From assembly GCA_963704725.1 (NCBI GenBank), contig OY969934.1:2560001-2624000 (forward strand): 64,000 bases of DNA, read 5' to 3'. Each line of letters begins with the position of its first letter. Positions within the stretch are counted from its first letter, which is position 1. This stretch comes from an uncultured Actinomycetes bacterium (GTDB taxonomy: Bacteria > Actinomycetota > UBA4738 > HRBIN12). A program made the position numbers and the translations under genes. This document shows, piece after piece, positions 51,624-64,000 of this stretch. A model generated the notes under the pieces. It worked only from the letters and a program-made list of their open reading frames with translations, ran no database searches and had not been told where the DNA came from.

Positions 51624-52333
51624 CCACGCTCGCGGCCGCGAAGTTCTGGGACTGGACCTGGATCGGTCACAACCTCGACGAGATCTGGGCCCGGACGCTC
51701 GAGCACGTCGAGCTCACGGTTCTCGCCGTCGTCATCGGCTTCGCCATCTCGCTCCCGCTCGGGGTCCTGGCTCACCGGCATCGGGCGACCTACCCGCCGA
51801 TCGCGTTCGTCGCCGGCGTCCTCTACACGATCCCGAGCCTTGCGCTGTTCGTCACGCTGATCCCGCTCACGCACCTGTCCCGGACGACCGCGCTGATCGG
51901 TCTCGTGAGCTACACGCTCCTCATCCTGATCCGCAACGTCGTCGCCGGCCTCGACGCCGTACCCGAGGACGTGCGCTCGGCGGCGATCGGCATGGGGTAC
52001 GGCCCGCGACAGATGCTCTGGCGCGTCGACCTGCCGCTCGCCCTGCCGGTCATCGTCGCGGGGATCCGGCTGGCGACGGTGACCACGATCGGGCTCGTGA
52101 CCGTCACCGCGGTGATCGGACAGGGGGGGCTCGGGCACTTCATCCTGCTCGGCATCCAGCAGTTCCGGCCCATGGCCACCCTCGTCGGCTCGGTGCTCTC
52201 CGTCGCCCTTGCGGTCGCATCCGACGCCGGACTGGTCGCCGGACAGCGCCGGCTCATGCCGTGGACCCGCGGCCCGGACCGAGCTGCCGAGCCCGCCCCC
52301 CGACCGGACGCGCAGAGCAGCACGGTGGTGTGA
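51620..52333 (+). CDS. Osmoprotectant ABC transporter permease
   Basis: YTIPSLALF, AAIGMG...LPLALPVIVAGIR, GGLG. Confidence 0.9.
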   Translation: MTTLAAAKFWDWTWIGHNLDEIWARTLEHVELTVLAVVIGFAISLPLGVLAHRHRATYPPIAFVAGVLYTIPSLALFVTLIPLTHLSRTTALIGLVSYTLLILIRNVVAGLDAVPEDVRSAAIGMGYGPRQMLWRVDLPLALPVIVAGIRLATVTTIGLVTVTAVIGQGGLGHFILLGIQQFRPMATLVGSVLSVALAVASDAGLVAGQRRLMPWTRGPDRAAEPAPRPDAQSSTVV

Positions 52334-52334
52334 G

Positions 52335-53018
52335 ATGAGCGTCTGGAACTGGCTGACGGATCCGGCGAACTGGTCGGGATCGGCGGGCATCCCGACCCGG
52401 GTCACCGAGCACCTCGAGATCTCCGTCGTCGCCGTGCTCATCGCCATGGCCATCGCGCTGCCGGCCGGACTCGCCATCGGCCACACGAGACGGGGCGAGT
52501 TCGTCGCGGTCCAGGTCGCCAATCTCGGCCGCGCGGTCCCCTCGTTCGCCATCTTGTCGATCGTGTACCAGGTGGTGCTGCAACTCGCGCCGAGGTCGGC
52601 GTTCGGGTTCGTCCCCACCGTCGTGGCGATGGTCTTCCTCGCGGTCCCGCCGATCCTGACGAACGCCTACGTGGGCGTGCAGCAGGTCGACGCCGAGACC
52701 GTCGAGGCCGCACGGGGCATGGGGATGACGGGACGACAGGTGCTGCGCTCCCTGGAGATGCCGCTCGCCTCGCCGTTGATCGTCACGGGGTGCCGAACGG
52801 CCGCGGTCCAGGTGGTCGCGACCGCGACGCTCGCGGCGCTCATCGCCGGCGGCGGGCTCGGCCGATTCATCATCGACGGGTTCGCCACGCAGGATCAGCC
52901 CCAGATGATCGGCGGGGCAGTGCTGGTCGCCGCGCTCGCCATCGCGACCGAGCTGCTCTTCGCCATCATCGCCCGGCTGACGGCCCCGCGCCTGTCCTCG
53001 GCCCGCCGACGCGGGTAG
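52335..53018 (+). CDS. Osmoprotectant ABC transporter permease
   Basis: NLGRAVPS, EAARGMGMT...EMPLA, ATATLAALIAGGGLG. Confidence 0.9.
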   Translation: MSVWNWLTDPANWSGSAGIPTRVTEHLEISVVAVLIAMAIALPAGLAIGHTRRGEFVAVQVANLGRAVPSFAILSIVYQVVLQLAPRSAFGFVPTVVAMVFLAVPPILTNAYVGVQQVDAETVEAARGMGMTGRQVLRSLEMPLASPLIVTGCRTAAVQVVATATLAALIAGGGLGRFIIDGFATQDQPQMIGGAVLVAALAIATELLFAIIARLTAPRLSSARRRG

Positions 53019-53188
53019 GAACGAGGCCAACCGGGGAACGCTGCCCTGAGCCCCGAGATCTTCGGGAACCGTGGAAGATGGGGGCCGCGACGGCCGTTGT
53101 CGGTGTCGTCGAGCATCATGGCTCGAACATCCCTGCGCGGCAGGGATCGGCTCGGACCAACCCGGTCCGAAGAAGGGGAGGTTGACCC

Positions 53189-54160
53189 ATGCGGAAACAC
53201 CGCAGGCTCGTCCTCGGGGCGGCCCTGCTCGCGACGGCACTCGTGCTGGCCGCGTGCGGGTCGGGTGAGGACGGAGGAGCGACCGGCTCGACCGGCGACG
53301 GCGGGACCACCGCCGCCACGGGCGCGACCGGCGCCACACAACCCGAACGGGGGACGATCATCGTCGGGGTCTCGGGCGCGTTCCCCGAGAACCAGGTGGT
53401 CGCCGAGATGTACGCCCAGGTGCTCGAGAACGCGGGTTACACCGTCGAGCGCCAGCTGGACCTGGGGACGAGGGAGATCTCGGACCAGGCGCTGTTCAGC
53501 GGCGACATCGACCTGAAGCCCGAGTACCTCGGGTTCGAGCTGCCGGCGCTCGATCCCGAAGCCGACACGACCGGCGCCGCGGACGAGATCGAACAGCTCC
53601 TCACGCCGCTCTACGCGGACAAGGGCGTGGACGTGCTCGACTTCTCACCGGCCAACAGCACGAACGCGTTCGTCGTGACGCCCGAGACGGCCGACCAGTA
53701 CGGCCTGTCGACGGTGAGCGACCTCGCGCCCGTGGCGGCCGACCTGACGCTGGGCGGTCCACCCGAGTGCCCGGACCGTCCGTTCTGCATCGTCGGGCTG
53801 AAGGACGTCTACGGGGTCGAGTTCGGCGACTTCAAGCCGCTCGACTTCGGCGGTCCGCAGACCGTGGCGGCGCTCGAGGCCGGGGCGATCGACGTCGCGC
53901 TGCTGTTCTCGCTCGACCCCACGATCAGCGACAAGGGGTGGATCTCGCTGGAGGACGACAAAGACCTCCAGGCGGCCGGCAACTTCGTCGGTGTGATCCG
54001 CTCGGACGCGAACAACGAGGAGATCACCGGCCTGGTCAACGGCGTCACGACCTCGCTCACGACCGACGGCATGCTCGACCTGGTCAGGCGGATCGCCATC
54101 GACGGTGAGGACACGGCCGCCGTGGCGACCGACTACCTCACCCAGCAGGGACTGCTCTGA
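53189..54160 (+). CDS. Osmoprotectant ABC transporter substrate-binding lipoprotein
   Basis: Lipobox LAAC; FPENQVVAEMYAQVLE, PEYLG, ECPDRPFC. Confidence 0.9.
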   Translation: MRKHRRLVLGAALLATALVLAACGSGEDGGATGSTGDGGTTAATGATGATQPERGTIIVGVSGAFPENQVVAEMYAQVLENAGYTVERQLDLGTREISDQALFSGDIDLKPEYLGFELPALDPEADTTGAADEIEQLLTPLYADKGVDVLDFSPANSTNAFVVTPETADQYGLSTVSDLAPVAADLTLGGPPECPDRPFCIVGLKDVYGVEFGDFKPLDFGGPQTVAALEAGAIDVALLFSLDPTISDKGWISLEDDKDLQAAGNFVGVIRSDANNEEITGLVNGVTTSLTTDGMLDLVRRIAIDGEDTAAVATDYLTQQGLL

Positions 54161-54164
54161 CGCT

Positions 54165-54203
54165 GCGGCTCCCGGGGGCGGGTCCCCCCGCTCCCGGGAC
54201 CGC
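54165..54203. terminator. GC-rich imperfect hairpin between convergent genes
   Basis: GCGGCTCCCGGG...CCCGGGACCGC between the binding-protein and TIGR03086 stops. Confidence 0.5.
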
Positions 54204-54802
54204 TACCCCTGCCGGCCCAACCTTGCCAGGAGCTTCGTCTGGGCGCTCGCGCCGGGCGCCACCTCGAGCACCGGGCCGAGGGCGCCCGCGGCCCGCCACG
54301 GCCCCTCGAACGGCTCGAACGCCTCCTCGCACGCCTCCACCAGCTCCTCGGGGAGGTCCTCGTCCGCGCCGAGGGCGCGGGCCAGGTCCCACGCGTGACA
54401 GAACACGTCCACGAACCGCTCCTGCGCGTACAGCCTCGCCGGCACGTCGCCCCAGGACAGGTTCACGAGGCGGTCCAGCGCCCCGGCCTGCTCGAACGCG
54501 TCGCACGCCGCCCCCGCGGCCGAGCGCCACGCCGCCGCGGGGTCGTCGCCGAGCAGGTCGCCGTCGAACCGGTCCCCCACCTGCGCGATCGTCTCTCCGG
54601 CCACGAGCGGCGGGACCCACGCGTGGCCGGAGACCATGTGCTCCAGCAGCGCGCGGACCTCCCATTCCGTGCACGGCGTCGGGAGCGCCAGGTTCTCCTC
54701 GCGCACCCGGGCCACGACGGGCTCCGACCACTCGACCGTTCGTCGATGCGCCTGCGTCAGCTCCACCTTCGGGTCCCCCTCGTCGGTCGCGGCCCGCATC
54801 AT
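54203..54802 (-). CDS. TIGR03086-family (DinB/MDMPI-like) metal-binding protein
   Basis: PTPCTEWEVRALLEH and HAWDLARA motifs. Confidence 0.88.
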   Translation of the reverse strand: MMRAATDEGDPKVELTQAHRRTVEWSEPVVARVREENLALPTPCTEWEVRALLEHMVSGHAWVPPLVAGETIAQVGDRFDGDLLGDDPAAAWRSAAGAACDAFEQAGALDRLVNLSWGDVPARLYAQERFVDVFCHAWDLARALGADEDLPEELVEACEEAFEPFEGPWRAAGALGPVLEVAPGASAQTKLLARLGRQG

Positions 54803-56391
54803 GACGTCTCGGACCGAACATCGCCGAACGCGTCCGGCGAAGCGGCGGCGGGCACGGCGACCCGGTTGCGGATCCCCGCGCCGCTGACGGCGGCGCCCGC
54901 GAGCAACAGGCCCGCCGCGATCGTCATCGCCAGGTGGAACGCGTCCGTCGAGGACTCGCGGACGGCCCGGCGCAGCTCGGACGACGCGCCGTCGGGGGCG
55001 GGGTTCAGCGGTGCGATCTCCGTGCGGGTCGACTCGTCGATCGGCACGCGCTGCCCGACCCCGGAGACGAAGCTCGCGGCCACCGCGATGAAGATCACCG
55101 CACCGGCGAGCTGCGGACCAACCCGGGAGACCGCGTTGTTGATGGCCGAGCCGACACCGGCGTTGCGGGTCGGGATCGACGTCATCACGGCGGTGGTGAG
55201 CGGCGCCACCATGAGCGTCAGCCCCGCCCCGAACACCAGGAGGGCCGGCAGCACGTCGATCAGGTAGCTCGTGGGCGGCACCCAGCTGCCGGGATCGCCC
55301 GCGTGGAGCCTCCACGCCGTGGCGTCGACCGGCGCTCGAGCGAACCACAGGATGCCGAGCGCCATGACGGCCGGGCCGACGGTCATGAACAGCCGCGGCC
55401 CGACCCGGGCGGCCAGGCCGCCCATCCTGGACGAGAACACCGCGAGGAGCGCGCTCGCCGGAACCCCCGCCACGCCCGCCGCCCCGGCGGTGTAGCCGAT
55501 CGTGCCCTGCAGGAACAGGCCGAGGTAGTAGAACGACACGTACAGCGACCCGTAGATCAACACGGTCGAGACGTTGGCCACGGCGAAGTTCCGCGACCGG
55601 AAGAGGTCCAGCGGCACGAGCGGGTTCGGCGACCGCCGCTCCAGGAACGGGAACGCCACGGACGCCGCGGCCCCGACGCCGAGCGCGACGAACGGCACCG
55701 CGCTGGACCACTCGGTCTGCTGCCCGCGGATCGCGCCGAACGCGAGGCCCCCGACGCCGAGCGCGATGGCGGCCGCTCCCAGCCAGTCGAACCCCCGCGC
55801 GGCCGACTCGTCCCGGGACTCCTCGACGTGGCGCAGCGTCGCGTACAGGCCGAACGCGACGAGCGGCAGGTTGATCAGGAAGATCGAGCGCCACGACAGC
55901 GCGTCGACGAAGATCCCACCCACGAGCGGCCCGAATATCGTGGTCGCCGCCGACGCCCCCGCCCAGATCCCGTAGGCGCGGCCCTGCGACTCCCCCTGGA
56001 ACGTGGCATTGATGAGCGCGAGCGATCCCGGGACGAGCATCGCGCCGGCCGCCCCCTGGAGCACGCGGAAGGCGATCAGGAACTCCATCGTCGGCGCGAT
56101 GGCGCACAGCAGCGACGTCGCGCCGAACGATGCGAGCCCGAGCGCGAACAGCCGGCGCCGCCCGTACCGGTCCGCCAGCGCTCCGGCCAGGATGAGCAGC
56201 GAGGACAGCGAGAGCAGGTACGCGTTGTAGACGTACGACTGCGCCTCGAGGACGCCGAGGAATCGGCTCGGCAGCTCCTGCCCGATCCGGGGCAGGGCCA
56301 CGTTCACCACGGTCGAGTCGAGGAAGACGACGCCGGAGCCCAGGACGACGGCGACCATCGTCCAGCGCTCCCGGGTCGCGCGCTCGTTCAC
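54799..56391 (-). CDS. MFS transporter, DHA2/EmrB-like
   Basis: FLDSTVVNVALP, GALADRYGRRR, WRSIFLINLP. Confidence 0.92.
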   Translation of the reverse strand: MNERATRERWTMVAVVLGSGVVFLDSTVVNVALPRIGQELPSRFLGVLEAQSYVYNAYLLSLSSLLILAGALADRYGRRRLFALGLASFGATSLLCAIAPTMEFLIAFRVLQGAAGAMLVPGSLALINATFQGESQGRAYGIWAGASAATTIFGPLVGGIFVDALSWRSIFLINLPLVAFGLYATLRHVEESRDESAARGFDWLGAAAIALGVGGLAFGAIRGQQTEWSSAVPFVALGVGAAASVAFPFLERRSPNPLVPLDLFRSRNFAVANVSTVLIYGSLYVSFYYLGLFLQGTIGYTAGAAGVAGVPASALLAVFSSRMGGLAARVGPRLFMTVGPAVMALGILWFARAPVDATAWRLHAGDPGSWVPPTSYLIDVLPALLVFGAGLTLMVAPLTTAVMTSIPTRNAGVGSAINNAVSRVGPQLAGAVIFIAVAASFVSGVGQRVPIDESTRTEIAPLNPAPDGASSELRRAVRESSTDAFHLAMTIAAGLLLAGAAVSGAGIRNRVAVPAAASPDAFGDVRSETS

Positions 56392-56393
56392 GA

Positions 56394-57770
56394 TCAGAGC
56401 CCGTACCCCTCGAGAAGCCGGAGCCACACCTCGCTCACGGTGGGGAACGCCGGCACGGCATGCCACAGCCGGTCGAGCGGGACCTCGCCGACGACAGCGA
56501 TCGTCGCCGCGTGGACGAGCTCCTGGACGTCGGGGCCGGTGAAGGTCGCGCCCACGATCACGCGGCGGTCCTCGTCGACCAGGATCTGGCTCGTCCCCGA
56601 GATGCCGTTCCCGCGCGTGTACGCGCCCGCGACGTCGCCGGTCCCGTACCGCACGGCGCGCACCGTGAGGCCGCGGTCGCGCGCCTCCGCCTCGATGGGC
56701 CCCACCGCCGCGACCTGGGGGTCGGTGAACGTGACCCGGGGGATGGCCCGGAGGTCGGCCACGTCCCGAACGTCCTTGCCGGCGATCACGTCGCCGACGA
56801 GGCGCCCCTGGTACTTCCCCATGTGAGTGAGGAGCGCCAACCCGCTCACGTCGCCGACCGCGTACAGCCAGTCGCCGTCCACGCCGCGAACGCGGAGCCG
56901 GTCGTCCACATCGACGCGCTCGAGACCTACGGTCTCCAGACCGACGTCGGAGGTGTTCGGACGCCGCCCCACCGCCACCAGGAGCTCGTCGCCGGCCACC
57001 GCCGTGCCGTCCCCGAGCGCCACGACGACCTCGCGATCGTCGTGGCGACGGACCGAGATCGCCTTCGTCCCGGTGAGGACGCGGATGCCCTCGGCCTCGA
57101 AGGCCGCTCGGAGCTCCTCGCCGGCGAAGGGCTCCTCGCGCCCGAGGAGCCGCGTCGCGCCCTCGACGACGGTCACCTCCTCGGAGCCGAGACGGCGGAA
57201 GGCCTGCGCGAGCTCGACCCCGATCGCCCCGCCGCCGAGGACGACGAACCGCCGCGGGATCGCCTTGGCCGACGTCGCGTCCCGGTTGTCCCACGCGCCG
57301 GCCTCGGACAGACCGTCGATGGGCGGGACGACCGAGGACGACCCGTTCGCGAGCACGACCGCCCGTCGCGCCGACAGGCGCCTGGTGACGTCTCCCGACT
57401 CGACCTCGACGATCCGTGCCCCGGCCAGGCGCCCGTGACCCCGCACGAGCTCGATCCCCTTCTCGTCGAGCCACGGTGTCTGCGTCCGGTCGCTCCACGA
57501 GCTCGTCATGTAGTCGCGCTGGGCCAGCGCCGCCTCCACGTCGATCGATCCCGTGACGGCCTCGGCCGCGCCGGGCACGCGCCGGGCCGCCGCGAGCACG
57601 TCGCCGGGCCGGATCATCGTCTTGCTGGGGATACACCCGTAGAACGAGCACTCGCCGCCGACGAGCCGCTCCTCGACGATCGCGGCCGACAGGCCGTTGT
57701 CCACGGCCCGACCCGCGGCGTTCTCTCCCGGCGGTCCTGCGCCGATCACGATGACGTCGAACTCGTCCAC
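56394..57770 (-). CDS. Dihydrolipoamide-dehydrogenase-family pyridine nucleotide-disulfide oxidoreductase
   Basis: IGAGPPG, GGECSFYGCIPSK, LGGGAIGVE, VTFTDPQVA. Confidence 0.9.
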   Translation of the reverse strand: MDEFDVIVIGAGPPGENAAGRAVDNGLSAAIVEERLVGGECSFYGCIPSKTMIRPGDVLAAARRVPGAAEAVTGSIDVEAALAQRDYMTSSWSDRTQTPWLDEKGIELVRGHGRLAGARIVEVESGDVTRRLSARRAVVLANGSSSVVPPIDGLSEAGAWDNRDATSAKAIPRRFVVLGGGAIGVELAQAFRRLGSEEVTVVEGATRLLGREEPFAGEELRAAFEAEGIRVLTGTKAISVRRHDDREVVVALGDGTAVAGDELLVAVGRRPNTSDVGLETVGLERVDVDDRLRVRGVDGDWLYAVGDVSGLALLTHMGKYQGRLVGDVIAGKDVRDVADLRAIPRVTFTDPQVAAVGPIEAEARDRGLTVRAVRYGTGDVAGAYTRGNGISGTSQILVDEDRRVIVGATFTGPDVQELVHAATIAVVGEVPLDRLWHAVPAFPTVSEVWLRLLEGYGL

Positions 57771-57970
57771 GGAGCCTCCTCCCGCTCGCTGTGAGGAACA
57801 CCTCGTCGCCGTGCCCGATTCCCCCGGGCCTCGTTCAGACGATCCCGGCACACAGGCGCAAGCTCGGCATCCTACGAGCGGTGGCGATGGAGCGGGGCCC
57901 GGACGAGGAGACGGCGCGGGCTACGCGGGGAGGCCCGGACCGTGCGCGAACGCGCCGAGCGTGATGGCCG

Positions 57971-58666
57971 TCAACTGATCTCGATCATCTTCTCGCGAAC
58001 GGCGTAGACGACCGCCTCCATCCGCGAGTGCAGGTGGAGCTTCTCCAGGATGTTCCGGATGTGGTTCTTCACGGTGTTCTCGGAGATGTAGAGCTGCCGG
58101 GCGATGTCGCGGTTGTTGAGGCCCTGGGCCACGAGCCCCAGCACCTCCATCTCGCGGTCGGTGAGCTTGGGGGCCGGCATCTGGGGCTTCTCCCCCGAAG
58201 CCTTGCTGATGGCAGCGAACTCGGTGAGGAGCTTGCTCGCCATCGAGGGACTGATCCTGGACTGGCCGGCCCACACCGAGCGGATCGCGTCGGCGACCTC
58301 CTCGATGGGGATCTCCTTCAGCAGGTAGCCCGATGCCCCGGCCTTGATCGCCTCGTAGAGGTCGGCCTCCTCGTCCGAGATCGTGAGCATGAGGATCTTC
58401 ACGTGCGGGAGCACGTCCTTGATCTCGGTGGCGGCCTCGATCCCGGACCGCTTCGGCATCCGGACGTCCATGAGGATCACGTCCGGCATGAGCTCCTGGG
58501 CGCGCTCGACGACCTCGACGCCGTCGGACGCCTCGCCCACCAGCTCGAGGTCCTCCTCCTGGTCCAGAACCATCTGCAGGCCACGCCGGAACAGGGCGTG
58601 GTCGTCGCAGACCAGGACACGGAGTCGCTCGGCCTGCTCGGGTCGTTCGGACGTCTCGTCGCTCAC
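57971..58666 (-). CDS. NarL/LuxR-family response regulator
   Basis: DDHALFRRG, DVILMDVRMP, LTDREMEVL...ISENTVKNHIRNILEKL. Confidence 0.95.
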   Translation of the reverse strand: MSDETSERPEQAERLRVLVCDDHALFRRGLQMVLDQEEDLELVGEASDGVEVVERAQELMPDVILMDVRMPKRSGIEAATEIKDVLPHVKILMLTISDEEADLYEAIKAGASGYLLKEIPIEEVADAIRSVWAGQSRISPSMASKLLTEFAAISKASGEKPQMPAPKLTDREMEVLGLVAQGLNNRDIARQLYISENTVKNHIRNILEKLHLHSRMEAVVYAVREKMIEIS

Positions 58667-58670
58667 GCGC

Positions 58671-59066
58671 TCACCCGTCTTCCGCCTCCGGCTCTGTCGC
58701 CGGCTCCTCGCCCGTCCGCTCCGGGGCCGCTTGTGCCGATTTTACGCGACTGGCCCCCGCGATCAGTCGGGTGCGGCGCTTCTCGTGGTGGTCACGGATC
58801 TGCCGCTCGAGCTTCTCGGCGACCAGGTCGAGGGCGGATTCCACCTCGGAGGCGTCGGCGCTGGCCCGGAAGGTCTTTCGCGGCGTGTCGGCCACCGCCT
58901 CCACCCGGCGCGCGCCGCCCTGCCGCGGGTTCTTCTCCGAGATCACCTCGACCTCGAGACGTGTCAGCTTGGGGTCCATCCGTTCCAGGCGCGCCAGCTT
59001 GCGCTCGGCGGTCGCGCGGAGCTGATCGGTGATGCGGGTGCCGCGCCCGATGAGATGCAGATCCAT
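58671..59066 (-). CDS. raiA: Ribosome hibernation factor HPF/RaiA (short form)
   Basis: ITDQLRATAERKLARLER...ALDLVAEKLERQIRDHHEK; located downstream of comF. Confidence 0.88.
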   Translation of the reverse strand: MDLHLIGRGTRITDQLRATAERKLARLERMDPKLTRLEVEVISEKNPRQGGARRVEAVADTPRKTFRASADASEVESALDLVAEKLERQIRDHHEKRRTRLIAGASRVKSAQAAPERTGEEPATEPEAEDG

Positions 59067-59108
59067 GCCGTCCTCCCTCGTGGCGAGCCGCCATCCGGCC
59101 GAGGCGAG

Positions 59109-59347
59109 GGGCTCGCGTCCGGCTGACCTGGTCTTTGCCCCCACACCCGCCTGCCGGGGTGATCGACGGTCATCGACCGGCTTCGCACCCTCTCCCGGCG
59201 AGGTCGCCCCCGCCGAGGCAGGACTGACATCTAAACCGCGCCATGCTCACCGACCAACTGTCGGCTTACGTGGGTCGCTTCGCCCGCGGCTGGCCTCGAC
59301 TACCGGGGAGCGATTCCCCGGGCAACCACAGACCCGGACGCGAGCCC
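59109..59347 (-). ncRNA. raiA-motif structured RNA
   Basis: 14-bp terminal stem GGGCTCGCGTCCGG/CCGGACGCGAGCCC; blocks GGTCTGTGGTTG, CCACGTAAG, TGAGCATGG, AGTCCTGCC and GTGTGGGGGCAAAGACCAGGTCA match the motif as I recall it; comF-raiA context; TATACT at 59355-59360. Confidence 0.88.
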
Positions 59348-60033
59348 GAGGTCGAGTATAGGGCCGCCATCGCGCCGGACGCCGCACGCGCCGCCGTGAG
59401 CACGGACACCTCGCGCGCGCCCGAGGCCAGCAGCGCCTCGGCGCAGGCCGCCGCCGTGGCCCCCGTCGTGAGCACGTCGTCCACGAGCAGCACCCGACCC
59501 GGCGGCGTGCCCAGCGCCGTGAAGCGGCCGCGCATGGCCAGCCGCCGCTGCTCACCCGAACGGCGAGCCTGTGGGCCGGCGTCGGAGACCCGCCGGAGCA
59601 GCGGCACGAGCGGGACGTCCAGCCGCCGCCCCACCACACGGGCCAGCGCCTGCGCCTGGTCGAACCCCCGGCTCGCTCGCCGCCGGCGCGAGAGCGGCAC
59701 CCACGTCACCGCCTGGGCCGGCAGCTCCCACGAGGCAGCCATAGCGTCCCCGAGCGCCTCCGCGACCGGCCGCCACCCGGCGAACTTCAGCCGGTGGACC
59801 GCGGCCCGGGCCGGCCCGTCGAACAGGAACGCCGCCCGGGCATGCAGCAGGGATCGAGGCGGGCAGTGGGGGCACTCGGCGACGTCCCGCCGGGCCGGCG
59901 CTCCGCATCGCTCGCACCACGGCGCCGACAGGGGGACGAGGTCCGACCGGCACCCCCGGCAGAACGGCCACGGCCCGGATCCGCAGCCCGCGCACCGCCT
60001 GGGGAACAACGCATCCAGGAGCGCGGCGAGCAC
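59266..60033 (-). CDS. comF: ComF-family (double zinc ribbon + PRTase) protein
   Basis: LFPRRCAGC, CERCG, RGFDQA, LLVDDVLTTGAT; the ORF tail runs into the raiA RNA. Confidence 0.9.
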   Translation of the reverse strand: MLAALLDALFPRRCAGCGSGPWPFCRGCRSDLVPLSAPWCERCGAPARRDVAECPHCPPRSLLHARAAFLFDGPARAAVHRLKFAGWRPVAEALGDAMAASWELPAQAVTWVPLSRRRRASRGFDQAQALARVVGRRLDVPLVPLLRRVSDAGPQARRSGEQRRLAMRGRFTALGTPPGRVLLVDDVLTTGATAAACAEALLASGAREVSVLTAARAASGAMAALYSTSGSRPGLWLPGESLPGSRGQPRAKRPT

Positions 60034-60068
60034 CCGACGGACCCTAGCGCGCCCCACCGACGCGCCGA

Positions 60069-63928
<3,860 letters not shown>

Positions 63929-63932
<4 letters not shown>

Positions 63933-64000
63933 CGGCGCTTTCGTCCCTGCGGCGGCTTCTCGGCCTCGTCGATCAGCATCACCGGGATCCCGTCCCGGAT
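63929..64000 (-). CDS. Trm112-family protein, C-terminal part only
   Basis: IRDGIPVMLIDEAEKP...* with GTGA overlap onto pgi/pmi. Confidence 0.8.

Overview
Very high-GC bacterial DNA. Gene order (trm112-pgi/pmi-punA-ahcY-comF-hpf-NarL regulator...secA...prfB-ftsEX-smpB-ssrA) points to an actinobacterium, probably a deep-branching class because prfB keeps the CTT-TGA-C frameshift. Roughly 1-24.8 kb and 38.4-64 kb are core or metabolic genes, and include a tmRNA gene, a raiA-motif ncRNA and an apparently circularly permuted, internally Tat-targeted alkaline phosphatase. About 25-38.1 kb is an accessory region at the 3' end of ssrA. It holds a ~9.8 kb integrated element (28264-38080) whose ends can be rebuilt into a near-symmetric attP. 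The element carries a large serine recombinase that reads into the tmRNA, a replication-relaxation protein and an IS3 relic. Its cargo is MauE/DoxX + MauD-like thioredoxin + a Tat-exported 42-residue peptide with 10 Cys + an orphan FtsX-type permease, the best candidate for an undescribed system. An older att relic, an HNH nuclease and several intact or broken vapBC modules lie just outside the element. Single-base frameshifts in smpB and a TolB-like gene may be assembly errors. All calls come from reading motifs by eye; no searches were run.
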